Source of the DNA: Octopus sinensis
Lineage: Eukaryota
Direction: 5' to 3'
Assembly (NCBI RefSeq): GCF_006345805.1
Contig: NW_021833446.1
Coordinates: 1 to 64,000 of the forward strand
DNA: 64,000 nucleotides
Shown: piece by piece, positions 1 to 13,678 of the stretch
Position numbering within the stretch: position 1 is the first letter of the stretch
How the letters are laid out: every line of letters starts with the position of its first letter
Notes under the pieces: generated by a model
Databases searched by the model: none
The model's input: only the letters and a program-made list of their open reading frames with translations
Told to the model about the DNA's origin: nothing
Position numbers and translations under genes: made by a program

Positions 1-79
1 AGCGTAGACAACTGTGGACGGTTTATCGGTTTCATCTCTCTTTTTCATCCTAGTTGGAGTGGAGAGTATGCTACCCCAA

Positions 80-256
80 CTACTTGACAACCGATGTTGG
101 TGTGTTTACTTCATCGTAACTTAGCAGTTCAGCAGAAAAGGTAACATGCTTTAAAAACTAAGTATTGGGGTCAATTCATTCGCCTAAAAAACCTTTCAAG
201 GCGGTGCTCCAGCATGGCCGCAGTCTAAAATTACTGAAACAAGTAGAAGAAAAAGG
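80..256 (+). mobile_element. SINE family A, 3' half (degraded)
   Basis: Matches the 3' half of the full copy at 31000-31393 (ttgacaaccgatg..., gcggtgctccagcatggccgcagtc, actgaaacaagta). Confidence 0.75.
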
Positions 257-525
257 ATATATATATATTATATATATCTATAGTATATATATATATATAT
301 AATATATATATATATAGATATATATATATATAGTCGTTTCAAGCAGGTGTACGGATTTTATTTATTAAGAAAAGGAGGTAGTCAGAATTCTGGATAATTA
401 TTTATTTAGAGCTTTCATCTCGTTTCAGAGATTTATCAGGAAACTAGGTGAATGCGCTAAATAAATGATTATCGAAAATTCTACCTCCTTTTTCTTGATT
501 TATACATACATACTATATATATATA

Positions 526-566
<41 letters not shown>

Positions 567-600
567 CATACATATAATATATTCATACATACACACATTT

Positions 601-633
<33 letters not shown>

Positions 634-716
634 CATTAATATACATATATATATACATATATATATATATACATAAATATATATATATATATATACATAC
701 ATACAACATACATACC

Positions 717-770
<54 letters not shown>

Positions 771-790
771 ATATATATATACACACCCAT
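257..790. repeat. (TA)n / (TACA)n microsatellite tracts with a unique spacer at about 333-500
   Basis: Direct reading of the sequence. Confidence 0.9.
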
Positions 791-1218
791 ATATAACTTT
801 ATATTTCAGACGCAAAAGCCAATTTTTAGAAGAAAAGAAGAATCTGAGAAAAGCCCAGTTATGGAGGTTCCGTTAACCCATTCAAATATATTCTATTTTC
901 TCTCTTTTTACCTTCTTCGATATTAAAATGGTTCAAGCGAACTGCAACGCTTTTATACGTACATACATACATACATAATGTATATATGTATGTGTGTATT
1001 TATATATATGAGAGTGTATATATATGTTTGTATGTGGGCAGCAACATCGGACTCTTATACACCAAATACCAACTACTTAAGAATGATTTATATTGATGTA
1101 ACAACACTAATAATTGGAGCCCCAGCATGGCCACGGCTCTCGAGCTGAAACAAATAATAAGCAAAAGAGTACACAATTATTAAATATATATACACACACA
1201 ACCATATACATATATATA

Positions 1219-1256
<38 letters not shown>

Positions 1257-1278
1257 CATAAATGTGTAATGGTTTCTG

Positions 1279-1311
<33 letters not shown>

Positions 1312-1339
1312 AGGTTACTCTAACTACTCCCACACCATC

Positions 1340-1634
1340 CAACCAATTTCAATGATTTTTGACACATTCATAGATCACATGCTCTGAAGTTCAAATTTTT
1401 CGAAAACTCGATAATACTCAGCTGGCATCGATTTTTGTGAGCTCAATTGGACGTTTGAATGGAAATTCCCATAATGATATTTTTCCTGCAGCTTTTGCAT
1501 TTTTTCACGTGTAAAATTTCTTCAAAATCGATGAGTAATAGTTGGCATAGGGAAAGTAGAAGATTTCAATACAAGGTCAGAGGTGGGCTTAACTTCAACG
1601 CGAAAACACGTGCAACACCGGGTCTAACAGCTAG
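1340..1634 (+). mobile_element. Non-autonomous Helitron-like element, 3' end
   Basis: Ends cgtgcaacaccgggtctaacagCTAG followed by T, the same hairpin+CTAG|T architecture as 58653-59024. The 5' boundary is uncertain. Confidence 0.5.
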
Positions 1635-1684
1635 TATATACATACATACATACATACATACATACATACATACATACATACATA

Positions 1685-1749
1685 AGTAGCTTGCTTACGA
1701 ACAACATGGTTCCAGGTTCAGTCCCACTGCGTGGCACCTTAGGCAAGTT
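1685..1749 (+). mobile_element. SINE family A tRNA-like head fragment
   Basis: agtagcttgcttac...ggttcagtcccactgcgtggcaccttaggcaagt matches the head of 31000-31393. Confidence 0.7.
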
Positions 1750-1886
1750 TTACCAAAATGAAAAACCATAAATGTCACTAAATGCGACTAAGGGTGTTAG
1801 AAATTGCTAGAAATAAGAACTAAAACGGTCTAATGCTGCAGTGGAAGCACATAATTATATACATACATAGTAACAGGGACCGTGAT

Positions 1887-1916
<30 letters not shown>

Positions 1917-1919
<3 letters not shown>

Positions 1920-2230
1920 CGGAAGCGTCGCCCTTTTCAAGCCTAGCCAGGCTCATGGGCCCGGTTTCCCGGTTTCTGTGGCGTATGTGTTCCCCCCAGC
2001 TGGAAGGGACACCAGTCCATCGCAGCGTTACTCAAGAAACAGAAAGAAAGATTGAGAGTAAGTTGGGGTCAAGGAGTACAACAGAGGCCGCCACCACCCC
2101 CTGCCGGAGCCTCGTGGAGCTTTTAGGTGTTTTCGTTCAATAAACACACACAACGCCTGGTCTGGGAATCGAAACCGCGATCCTCCGACCGCAAGTCTGC
2201 TGCCCCAACCACCGGACCACTGCGCCTCCA
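1917..2230 (-). mobile_element. SINE family D with tail type 1
   Basis: Minus strand starts ggaggcgcagtgg...ggtttcgattccc (A/B-box tRNA-like head). Body is shared with 25485-25790; tail is shared with 49360-49578. Confidence 0.8.
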
Positions 2231-2609
2231 TATATATATATACATATTCATTTATATACACTTTGGCACAGTATAGATGTAAGGAACCAATCGATATCGA
2301 TTATATTTCTTATCTTAAAATCTCATTCTTGTTGTTTTATGTTCCTTTTGTCATTTATCTTTAAACGAAAGAGTTGAAATCCTTACCCACAAAGCAATTA
2401 CGATAGAATTTAAGTTAACGCTCATTAATATTTATTAACATTTTTCGAGCTTCGATTGAAGCATAAATTAATTAATATTTCTTAAACGAAGCTAATTAAT
2501 ATAGCATATATTAGTTTAATTGCAATACATTCAAATGTTTATCGACGGAAGTACTGAGCGAAATCAATCCATGGAACTTAACTATTTTTATATCCATTCA
2601 GGACTACAG

Positions 2610-2830
2610 CAGCAGCTCCACGAGTCTCCGGTGGCGGCGGGGCGGGGAGTGAACCCCGCTGTACTCTTTCACCGCAATTTTCTCTCACTCTTTCTTCCTA
2701 CTTCTGCCACAAAGCAGAGGAACCATGGTGTAACCCACTACGGCGTGGTAAACTTTCAGACCCTAGTCTAGATTGCGAATCTTCTGTACCCCAGGATGGT
2801 TCAGCACTCCACCCGTTAAAAGTCACCGTT
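2610..2830 (+). mobile_element. SINE family D body fragment with a different downstream segment
   Basis: gctccacgagtctccgg...gctgtactctttcaccgcaattttctctcactctttcttc is the reverse complement of the D body seen at 25600-25680. Confidence 0.5.
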
Positions 2831-2999
2831 TACGGAATGAAGATAACAACGTAGCTTTCACGCCCGAGCAACCACCAGTTTATTGCGTGTGGTGGATGGA
2901 TCTTCAAGTTGCCACACGCGTTCTTAGTAGCTTAGAGTAGGCTCGAATTAGAGATTATTCTTTGGCGTGAGTCCTCATTGGAAGAAGACAGCAGCAGCA

Positions 3000-3150
3000 G
3001 CTTGACAGAATTGGCAAAGTTCCGACAAAATTCCTTGCAGTGTTTAGCAATTGCCCTTTACGTTCTGGGTTCAAATCTTGCCTAGGTCATTTCTACCTTT
3101 CATACTTCCAGGGATTACCAGTCGTACTTGTGGTGATGGCGTCGACGAAT
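3000..3150 (+). mobile_element. SINE family B (degraded)
   Basis: tttacgttctgggttcaaatc...acctttcat matches the family B core. Confidence 0.65.
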
Positions 3151-3689
3151 GTCCCGTCCGGTATAATTTTGTGTTTATGCTTGAAACAAATAATTTAATT
3201 ATTATCAAAATTTCAATGGATTCGACAACAAATTTCGATCATAATGCTGGTTTATTATTATTGTGGTATTGAACCCTGTGTCAACCCCATCGAGCTTTTG
3301 GGGAATATTTAGGACTATATATTTCTGAATTGCATGTCAAACAAAAGATTGTCTTGAATTTGTTTTAGAAGGGCGACCCACCTGATGTTGAACCATGTTT
3401 AATGCGACCCACTCCCCGAAATTGTTGCCCATGCCTGACATAATGTATCCGTTCCCTATTTAAAAAAAATATTATTGTCAGACAGGAAGGCAGTGCTCAT
3501 AACATTTTACAAAGGCTCTAAAGCTGGTGGAAAAGAGAGAGAATAGTATACTTAAGTAAGAAGGGTCCGTTGGAGATATCCAAGATGCCTGGTGGTGTTG
3601 TTAAGTCTGGTGATGATTTAAGTCAACCATCCGGGGAGGTAAAGTACTGGGATTGATATCAGTATCACAGAATCGATCAGACCATCAGA

Positions 3690-3945
3690 TGCTGTTATGC
3701 ATCGCTAGTCACAATGCCCTTCCAATTTTGCTATTATTGCGCCATTCTTTTCCACCTTGACCCAAATTGCTTAATTAGATCGTCTTCTCATCGTCGTAGA
3801 GGATTTCCAAGTTGCCTTTTTCGATCTCTTGGCCCCTGCATGGGTCCATCTGTTTTGTGTGAACCTTGCGACATGTCCAGCCCAGCGGAACTTGTGTTTT
3901 CGGTACTCTGCGATCTCATATATTCAGTTAAAACAGTTTAAATGT
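3690..3945 (-). pseudogene. RTE-clade LINE reverse transcriptase C-terminus relic
   Basis: Minus strand reads YEIAEYRKHKFRWAGHVARFTQNRWTHA, then frameshifted PRDRKRQLGNPLRR*EDDLIKQFGSRWKRMA; matches the RTE RWAGHVAR...RW.DDL motif. Confidence 0.8.
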
Positions 3946-4506
3946 GTAAATGTAAATGCGGAACCGACGAGTCTGGGTCTTTGTTGTTTGAAATGAAACA
4001 ATCGATGTGAACTGGAGACTTTAAATAATGGATAAGACGCTTGTTTTTATGTGAGTGACGGGAATGAGGTTAGTTTTAAAGAGAAATACATTAAGACGTT
4101 TAACGGCTGAAATAGAACACAATAAAAACAGAGCCGAATCGACCAGAGAGAAAAACACAATAGCAGAGAGACAGAGAGAGAGTGGGGGTAGAAAGATTGA
4201 TACAGAAAGAAAGAGAGAGAGAGAGAGAGATTCAAAGAGATAAAAAGATTGATAGAGAAAGAGAGAGGGGGAAGAAAGAGAGAGAGAGAGGGAAGATGGA
4301 AGAGTGAGAGAGAGAGAGAGAGAGATTCAAAGAGATAAAAAGATGGAAGAGTGAGAGAGAGAGAGAGAGAGAGAGAAAAAAAAGAGGGAGCGTTAGAGAG
4401 GAGTTGAGTTGTTTTTGACAAATTGTTTCTAAAATACTGATAAAAAAATAACAAAAAGGACATTTTCGTAATCTTTATTGTTTTTGATAATTTATTTGAG
4501 ATGTTA

Positions 4507-4780
4507 AGGCGGCGAGCTGGCAGAATCGTTAGCACGCCGGAAAAAATGCATAGAGGCATCTCGTCCGTCTTTACGTTCTGAGTTCAAATTGGACTCAATC
4601 CAGTTGAGCACTGGGGTCGATGTAGTCGGTTTACTTCCTGGCCTTGTACGTTCTGAGTTCAAATTCAGCCGGGATCGACTTTGTTTTTTTTCACCCTTTC
4701 GGGGTCAATAAAATCAGTGCAAGTTGAACAATTTCGGGGTTGGGTGGGGTGGGGTGAGGGTAGGTCGATTACATATTGAA
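4507..4780 (+). mobile_element. SINE family B with partial internal duplication
   Basis: ggcggcgagctggcagaatcgttagcacgccg head; tacgttctgagttcaaatt occurs twice. Confidence 0.8.
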
Positions 4781-5370
4781 CCACTGAAACTGTAACAGTA
4801 AAAATTAAAATCACCGAACAAAATGACTGCTCTTCGTCGAAACCGACGGGGCCGCCACCATTATCACAGTCAAACTTACCGTTTAAAAACGAAACTGAAG
4901 TACACATTTGAGAGCGTAGTCCTAGATATGCGTAAGACATCTATGAAAATAGATAAGATCGTACTGACAGGAGAATTTTTTTTAATTCTCAGTCTCATGA
5001 AAATGGAATGGGGCAGAGTTAAATAACAAAAACAACAACTAGAAGAACGAACGTTACTACGACACTCCACCCCACACATTGTCAATAACAAAAAGGGAAC
5101 CTCTCTGGGGGTCAGACAACCTGCAAGAAATAGCAGTCAAATCTGCCTCAATCACATTTGAACGTCACAGAGATAGGTATATTCCATATATTTCTCGTTG
5201 CAAGAAATGGTAGCCAGGTTTACCTTCGTCACACCTTACTGTCATAAAGATGGCAGGCACATTTCATAATGTACATCTCAATACGTTGTGTCTAAAGAAT
5301 AAATAAACATGATGGTCACGGATCGAATTCTCCCCGATTAAGGATGACTTGAAGCTAGAAAACAAGATGT

Positions 5371-5767
5371 AACTAGAAAAGCACTCGGAGAGCTCAGACC
5401 TTCGCCAAGCAACTCATTTTACGCGAGTAAAATTACTAATAGAGAAACGAAAATAAACTTTGGAAACAGAAACGCTACCATAGGTTACGAGGAAACGATG
5501 AACGTGTTTTCAAGGAAGATAATCAAAGAACATAACATTGTAATACTTCATGTAAAGTAAATATAACAAATGAAAAATCCTTCAAGAATCCATTAAAATT
5601 CCCGGATCACTACCAAAATTTCATCATCTGTTTCTTGTGTCATTACCAACTTTTTCTGCAATTTTCATCAAATACCGACAACAACTTTTGTAGTTATTTT
5701 GCACAAAGACTGACAGACGGACAATCCAACGCTGATGAAAACAATCTCCTTCCTTGGCGGAGGTAAC
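5371..5767 (-). mobile_element. Helentron/HINE-like or MITE non-autonomous element
   Basis: Subterminal inverted repeat accttcgccaag (5398-5409) / cttggcggaggt (5753-5764); one end is aCTAG with a short hairpin (gcactcggagagc). Confidence 0.5.
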
Positions 5768-6036
5768 GAAATACAATCACTATTAATAACAATGAGAAGG
5801 AAAAACTGCAAAAAATAACTACCATATCTCCCTCAAGTAATGCTCTATCATTTATAAAGAAAGGCCACACGAGATAATGTAATCCTAGATAAACTGTGCT
5901 CGATTAAGTCACTCAAATACGTCATAGTTATTGCTGAAAGAAGTTTCTTTCTGACCGTCGTTTGTGGGATTACGGTTGACCACCATCACCACCCGCCGCC
6001 GCCGCCGCCACCACCACCACCACCACCATCACTACC

Positions 6037-6067
<31 letters not shown>

Positions 6068-6339
6068 GCAGCAGCAGCAACAATGACGACTGAGAAAAAA
6101 TAGCAGAAATGTTGCTCTTAGGTGTTGAACTATGTTTTCATAGATTTCCTTCCGATCGGAAATGCAGAAATAGACCAAAAATAGAGCAAAAATAAATGAA
6201 AAAAAAGATAAAAAATAGATAAATAACATAGAAATTAGGGAGACAGAAATTCACTCTGGTACTTTAGAATGGTTTATTGATAAATAAATTGAACCTTGAT
6301 TGATTTTTAATGTAATTATCCCGCTTAGAGATAGCTTCT

Positions 6340-6381
6340 ACTGGATACGTATACATATATACATACATACACACACATATG

Positions 6382-6413
<32 letters not shown>

Positions 6414-8470
6414 AACTTATATACACTCATATACACAAATATTTACTTAGAGATACTCACATCTACACGGTGCGCGCCCACACACGTTTATATATTACAA
6501 AGCTTAGGCTATTATACCAACTCCCCCATGCAATTTCCTCCCACCCGGTGCAACCTGTCAGCTCCAGCGCATCCCACTTTCCTATATGTGCGTGTATATG
6601 TGTATATATATATATATGTGTGTATACATATATGTGTATGTATATGTATATAGATATGTATGAGTGTGTGCGTGTGTGTGTATGTGCATATATATTTCCT
6701 TCTATATATACACATTTTATCTCCCATATATGTTTTTTTCCCTATATATTTCTTCTCCTACATCTACATTCTTCCTATCTAGACTCTTTATTTCCCTATA
6801 TCTATACCTTTTCACATTTCTAACTCGGATGTTGAGCGTACACCGCCAAACTCCACTTCCCACTCCTCCAATTTTTCAGTCCCCCCCGCCCGCCCCCACG
6901 TGGTCACCTTTAGCACACACCTTTAACTTTACACTTTCAACCACCTTTTATTTTTTCCTTCATCTCATTTTAGGCTTCACCCGATTATATTTTTATTTTA
7001 CTTTATCCTATTCTATTTCGCTTTACCTTTATTCTTATTTTTATTTTCATTCCTTATTTTAAATCTTATAGTTCTTATAATTTTTATATTTTATTTATAA
7101 CTTTTATATTGTATTTCTTATTTTATATTGTATTTCTTACTTTTATTTCTAATTTTTATTCTTACCCTCATTCTTACCCCTAACTTATCGCTTTATATCT
7201 CTATATATGTCTATTTCTTTTGCTTATCCCTTATTTACTTATCTATGGATCCGCTTTATGATTATACGTGCGTCCGTGTACGTATGTATACGTATACATA
7301 TGTGTACATATGTACGAGTAAACATCTACGTCTGGATGTGCTTACCCCATTACTCTTCTTTAATGATCTTCTTTAATGATTTTCTTTAATAATTTTTTAA
7401 AATTTCTTACATGTTTTTTTTCGCAGATTTCTAATATCTTATAGCTATACCTATACGCGCGTATGTCTGTGTGTGTGTATGTAAGTGTATATGTACACGC
7501 ACATATGGACACACAGCCGTGTGTGCGTGTACGTGTAGACGTGAGTGCGTGATTCTTTACATGCGTTCTTATATACATCTTTTAATATCTTATATCTAAA
7601 CCTGTATGTGTGGGCATCTATGTATGTGTATGTAAGGGTGGACGTACGTATGTATATATGGGTGTGTGTATACGCGTATGTATGTATAGGTATACATGTA
7701 TGCATATGTGTATGTGTATATGTATATGTGTATGTGCGTGTGTGGGTATATATGTATATATATATATATATATATGTACACGTGTAATGTCCGTGTATAT
7801 ATACGCATATTCTGTTGTATGTATGTATATATGCGCATGTGTGTGGGTGTATATGTGTTTCTGTACATGTTTACACGTGAGTACGTATGTATGCTTATAT
7901 GCTTGGAGCTGTGTATGCGCGCGTATACGTGCGCGTGTATATGGGTGTATGTATCCATGCTGGTATGTATATACAAGATGACCACTTAATTCAAAGAACG
8001 AGATTAGCTGCCCAACAGCTCTGATTTACAATACACTAGGTCCCCAGACGCCACTGTTGATTTATTGACACCCAAAACTTCTACAACTAAATTTTGTCAT
8101 TTTCCTGACCACCATGTTTGGTCCGTAACCACTATACATCCCTTATCCTTATATTTTTTAACATTTTTTATCATTTTTATTCCTATTTTTATTTTTTATT
8201 TTTTATTTTTTTACTTTTATTTCTATTTCTATTTTTACTTTATAACTTTATACCTTTATATTCATTTATGTTTTTTTATATTCTTTATATCCCCTTTATA
8301 TCTCCTTATATCTCTTTATATCTTTATACTCTACATTTTTATATTTTTCTATACTTACACTTTTTATATATTTTTTATCCTTCGTTCTGAATTCTCGCCC
8401 CTCCATCTTTACCCCTATTTACTCTTATTACCAGGTTCCTTCACGTCTATATATGTATTTATTAATTAAT
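6340..8470. repeat. Mosaic of (TA)n, (TG)n, (TATG)n and T-rich low-complexity sequence with short unique islands
   Basis: Direct reading of the sequence. Confidence 0.8.
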
Positions 8471-8641
8471 TTATTTACATTACTTCAACATCCAAATTTC
8501 CTCATTCTACATTGAGAGAAGAAAGAGATGGACGCTTCAATTCTATGCTGTTGCCGCATTATGTCGTACGCGAATGAGAGGATTTGCATCCCCAACCAAG
8601 AATTTTTGATGTAACACATGTCCTTGTGGAAGTTGTTGTGC

Positions 8642-8719
8642 GCGGCTGAAGAAGGCCACAGACATACATTATGCATTGTTATAAATCTGTCTAATAAAGG
8701 CCCGAAACATATGTACCGC
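8642..8719 (+). ncRNA. Type I hammerhead ribozyme motif (PLE style)
   Basis: gcgg-CTGAAGA-a-ggcc-acaga...tctgt...ggcc-c-GAAA-C-ATAT-GTA-ccgc. Stem I 4 bp, stem II ggcc/ggcc plus acaga/tctgt, palindromic stem III loop, predicted cut after 8715. Confidence 0.75.
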
Positions 8720-10199
8720 TGAATCCTTGGCATCATGTTTTTATTTTGATCAATTTACTCCACCACTTACACCACCAAACGGTATACACAGGTGCTTATA
8801 ATTATCAAGTACTCACCCCGAATTTCTCTCTCTCTCTCTATATATATATACACGTCTATATATTTTTGTTCTTTGGCCTATTCCTATATTGTGTGTGTGG
8901 TGTGTGTGTGTGTGTGTGTGTGGTGTGTGTGTGTGTGTGTGTGTGTATAATGAAAATAAGACAAAGTAGAAAATGCTAAAATGATTTTATCAGGAAAAAC
9001 GTTTTGGTACCGGTTTCAGTCTTTGCGACTTTTTCAACTTAGAGTAAAGCATGAAAAGCAATTAAATTGTGGAAAAATTAAATGAAATGTTTTTTAAACA
9101 TTTTCCATTTTTTTTGTCTGTCTCTGTCTCTCTTTTTTTCTCTCGCGAAGGCTTCGTAGCAGGTAGTAGGTAGTAGCAATCCAAAAAGAGTATTTGATAT
9201 GAGTTCTTGGTTTTGGTTGTTTATGCAGCAATAGTCGCCGAGGAAGGAAGCGGCGAAGAAGAAGAAGAAGACGAGGAGTAAGAAGAAGAAGAAGAAAGAA
9301 GAAAAGAGGGAGTAAGAAAAGAAGAGAAAGAATAATGAAAATACAGGAGTTGTATGAGAGTAGCAGGATGTTGGTGGAATCCTCTTAAATGGTCAAACGA
9401 CCTGTTGTGGTTATAATAGTAGTGATTGGAATTGTTCTGAATAAATTTATGGATAGCGACTGTTAATATTTGCGTGGGTATCATTCTAAGGCCCTTGTAA
9501 TAGTGTCATTTGTGGTGGACGCATTCAAAAGGGGTTTATAATTTGTGATGAAATATGACCCTTTACTGATGCGCTGACTACAAGTTGCATCGTCCCTGAA
9601 TTTATAGACGGGAAGATTCGGAAGTTGGGTTGTTTGTTAGTGGCGCAAATGTCGTTGTGTTGGCTGAATGCTATTTTTCTGTATTCCCGAATTTTGATCT
9701 GGATCTATGTAGATCATAATTTAGATCACAATTGACAAAGTATAAAATCTGTCGAAGAAAGTTAAGATTACGAAGGATGTGTATACACTCTTTGACATGA
9801 ACACATATGTAGACGTTCATACTTACACCCCAACACGCACGCATGTCACCAAACTGGATGTCGTTTTATGCGGTTATAATCTATCAAGATAATTTTATTA
9901 GTGGCAGACATCTACCTGTTATCTCGCCATCATCGCGCTGAATAAAGATTCGTACTAAATCCATCTTCTGTTTCCTTCGTCGATTATAAACTCAACAAAC
10001 ACTGTGAATTTCCTGATGTAGATCCAGTAAAAATTATATCGTTATTGTGGATGACATCAGGTAGCCCAAACGGTGAAGGGGCTTTGATTGACATCGACAT
10101 ACTAATACACATATACGCAAAAGTCCAAATAGTTTATCCGAGAAGATAAATCTATGCTGTCTTGTTTACCGTCTGAAAATTGTTCAAAGCTCGTCTCTA

Positions 10200-10284
10200 C
10201 CACTCCTCCTCCTCCTCCTCCTCCTCCTCCTCTTTCTACTACTACTACTATACTACTACTACTACACTACTACTACTACTACTA

Positions 10285-10322
<38 letters not shown>

Positions 10323-10556
10323 GCCCGTTGAGTGTATAGGATTGAGCAACTTGGCGACATCTGACGTACAAAATGTGACGATAATCTGCTTGTGTCTAAC
10401 TTTGGGAAGCTGTGAACACATCTTTCCAGATTTAGTTATTAACACATATGTGAGCAGATACCCGTGGGTAAATAAAGCACCAGAATACACCTACACATAG
10501 ATGTCTTTCTCATGTCTTTATAGATATGTATATGTATATATGTATGTATGTATGTA

Positions 10557-10597
<41 letters not shown>

Positions 10598-10692
10598 TTA
10601 TATATGTATATATGACCTTTACTACTAATATCGTCACTACCTCCATCACACACACACACATATATATATATACAGATGTGTAAACATACATG

Positions 10693-10723
<31 letters not shown>

Positions 10724-10875
10724 GTATTTATATATATATATATATATGTATTTATATATATGTGTATGTATATATACACACACACACATATATATATATA
10801 GAGAGAGGGACAGAAGGAAAGAGAGGGAGAGTGAAAGTTATTTCTGTCTACGGCGAAAATTTTATTCATATCAAA

Positions 10876-10962
<87 letters not shown>

Positions 10963-10996
10963 GATATGTATATATGTATATGTGTATATATATGTA

Positions 10997-11039
<43 letters not shown>

Positions 11040-11218
11040 GTATATAATATATATATATATATATTATATATATATACATGTGTGTGTATGTGTGTGTGTG
11101 TGTGTAATATTTTCATACTTGGTGTTTACAGCTGAAAAGAGGATGAAAGTTATTCAAAAGCATGAATATCTGATTACTTTTTAAGAAATACAGGTGTCAT
11201 TCACAATGAGAACAACAG

Positions 11219-11249
<31 letters not shown>

Positions 11250-11450
11250 AATAGTAATAATGAAGAAGACTGCTGCAACCATTTCAAAGACAACACTACC
11301 ACAATCACCACCACTCCCACCACTCCCACCACTACCGCCAGTGCAACAACAAGAACTATCAGTATCCTCATTAATACTACCTCAACAACTAATACCCCCA
11401 CCCCACCCCCATTATCAATAGTATCACCATTACCACTACCACCACTTATA
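10200..11450. repeat. (CCT)n, (CTA)n, (TA)n, (CAA)n and (CCA)n microsatellite cluster
   Basis: Direct reading of the sequence. Confidence 0.9.
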
Positions 11451-12068
11451 ACACCATCATCTGAAACACCACTGCCGCCACCCCCACTCCCCACCACCAC
11501 TACCTGCAAAAGACCAAATCTGAGAGCATTTACTATCATTTATTAAGTTCCAACTTATTTCTATAATAAGTTCAATGTAAAAGAGCAAAAACAAAAACTA
11601 GGCAAAAATAAAAACAACTGAAAAACACTGAAGTGTAGAAATAAAAAGAAACACCAACAACGACTGCAGCTGCCACAAAATTTTTGAAATTACATCAACA
11701 AAAATTGCAACATCTTAAAGAGAAAAATTTACTAGTATTAATGAAGAAACTAGTCTACCCGTGTTGTCAAAAATATTTTAGTTATTAGCGAAAATTGATT
11801 GTAAGAGATTTAAGATTTAAGATTTACGTATATAAGGCGCTCTCAGAATCAAACTCCAACAACGAAATTGGTTTTTGTGTTTTTGTGTAGAGGAACGTGT
11901 TATGAATTGACGAATAGGCCATTGTTTTGAGTCTCGCTGTTTTATGTAAGCGCAGGAATTTAATTTAAGCTTGGGAAGCCTTCGAACACGTTAGCGAATA
12001 TTTTCTTTGCTGGTTTCTATAGATAAGAACTTCTCTTTCTGACTAGTTCCAAATGTCCAACGCTGTGT

Positions 12069-12115
12069 CCATCTCTGAAGAAGTTAAGCTAAACCGAAAC
12101 ACCGGTGTTTGATGG
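12069..12115 (+). ncRNA. Type I hammerhead ribozyme motif
   Basis: ccatct-CTGAAGA-a-gtt-aagcta-aac-c-GAAA-CACCGGTG-TT-tgatgg. Stem I is 5 bp plus a U.U pair, stem III is fully palindromic, triplet GUU. Confidence 0.65.
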
Positions 12116-12522
12116 TTTATTGAGATCATCTGGAGCATGCTTGGTGTCTGCACACAAGGCCCATTCGGTGTCAACCTCCAAGGCAAAATACAACACCGAA
12201 AGCTATTTTCAGGTCCGCGAGAACAGTAACGCGATATGAATGGGATTTTCTGTTATAGCCCCGGGCCGGCCAATGCATTATGAACGAAATTAAACGAACA
12301 AAGACTGTAGAAACTCACCAGGCGGACTGTACATTCTATCCGGAGGCCAGTTTTGTTTTTCACTCACACATAGAACATCACGCTGATTCTGCCTGAAGAT
12401 TATGTTAAAGATACTACACGTTGCCTTGGAGTGTTCTGCCGCCTACTCTATAATGCAATGAGTACACAGTTCCATTGATTGGAGAGGTTCTGGAAAAGTT
12501 TGGTCGATTGACAGCTTCAACT

Positions 12523-13185
<663 letters not shown>

Positions 13186-13490
13186 GTTTGCTACTAGAAT
13201 AGTTAAGTGAGAAAACTATTTTTAATGAAACTATTTCATCGAATCCCATCTCAAAATTGCTTTTAATATAGAATTCCGATGAATTATTTCACACACTACA
13301 CATACTACACACACACACACACACACATCACACACACACACATACACATGCACACACACACACGCAAACACACACATACACAGAGACTACATTGGTATTC
13401 GTAACTTATTTACATTTTCCATTCTTAGATACAATAATAGAGCATGCTTTAAAATAATAGGATGGTTTTAGATAAATCTCTCTATTCTAT

Positions 13491-13524
13491 TATCTATCTA
13501 TCTATCTATCTATATATCTATCTA

Positions 13525-13574
<50 letters not shown>

Positions 13575-13576
13575 CA

Positions 13577-13638
<62 letters not shown>

Positions 13639-13678
13639 CCTATCTATCTATCTATATCTATCTATCTATCTATCAATC
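13491..13678 (+). repeat. (TATC)n tract upstream of Tx1 copy 1
   Basis: Direct reading of the sequence. Confidence 0.95.

Noticed and set aside
2150-2230. tRNA gene candidates (also at 25710-25790, 34174-34240, 62900-62980)
   Set aside because: They are SINE heads continuing into SINE bodies, and the cloverleaf is incomplete.
9004-9037. Minus-strand TTGAAAA-agtc-gcaaa-gact-GAAA-CCGG-TA
   Set aside because: Two invariant core positions are changed and there is no stem I; at most a dead relic.
9640-10180. Possible retroelement relic (STKETEDGFSTNLY on the minus strand)
   Set aside because: A single weak resemblance with no second motif in register.
12290-12520. Unique-looking sequence before the (CTA)n tract as a possible exon
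   Set aside because: No frame gives a recognisable motif and the splice signals are not convincing.
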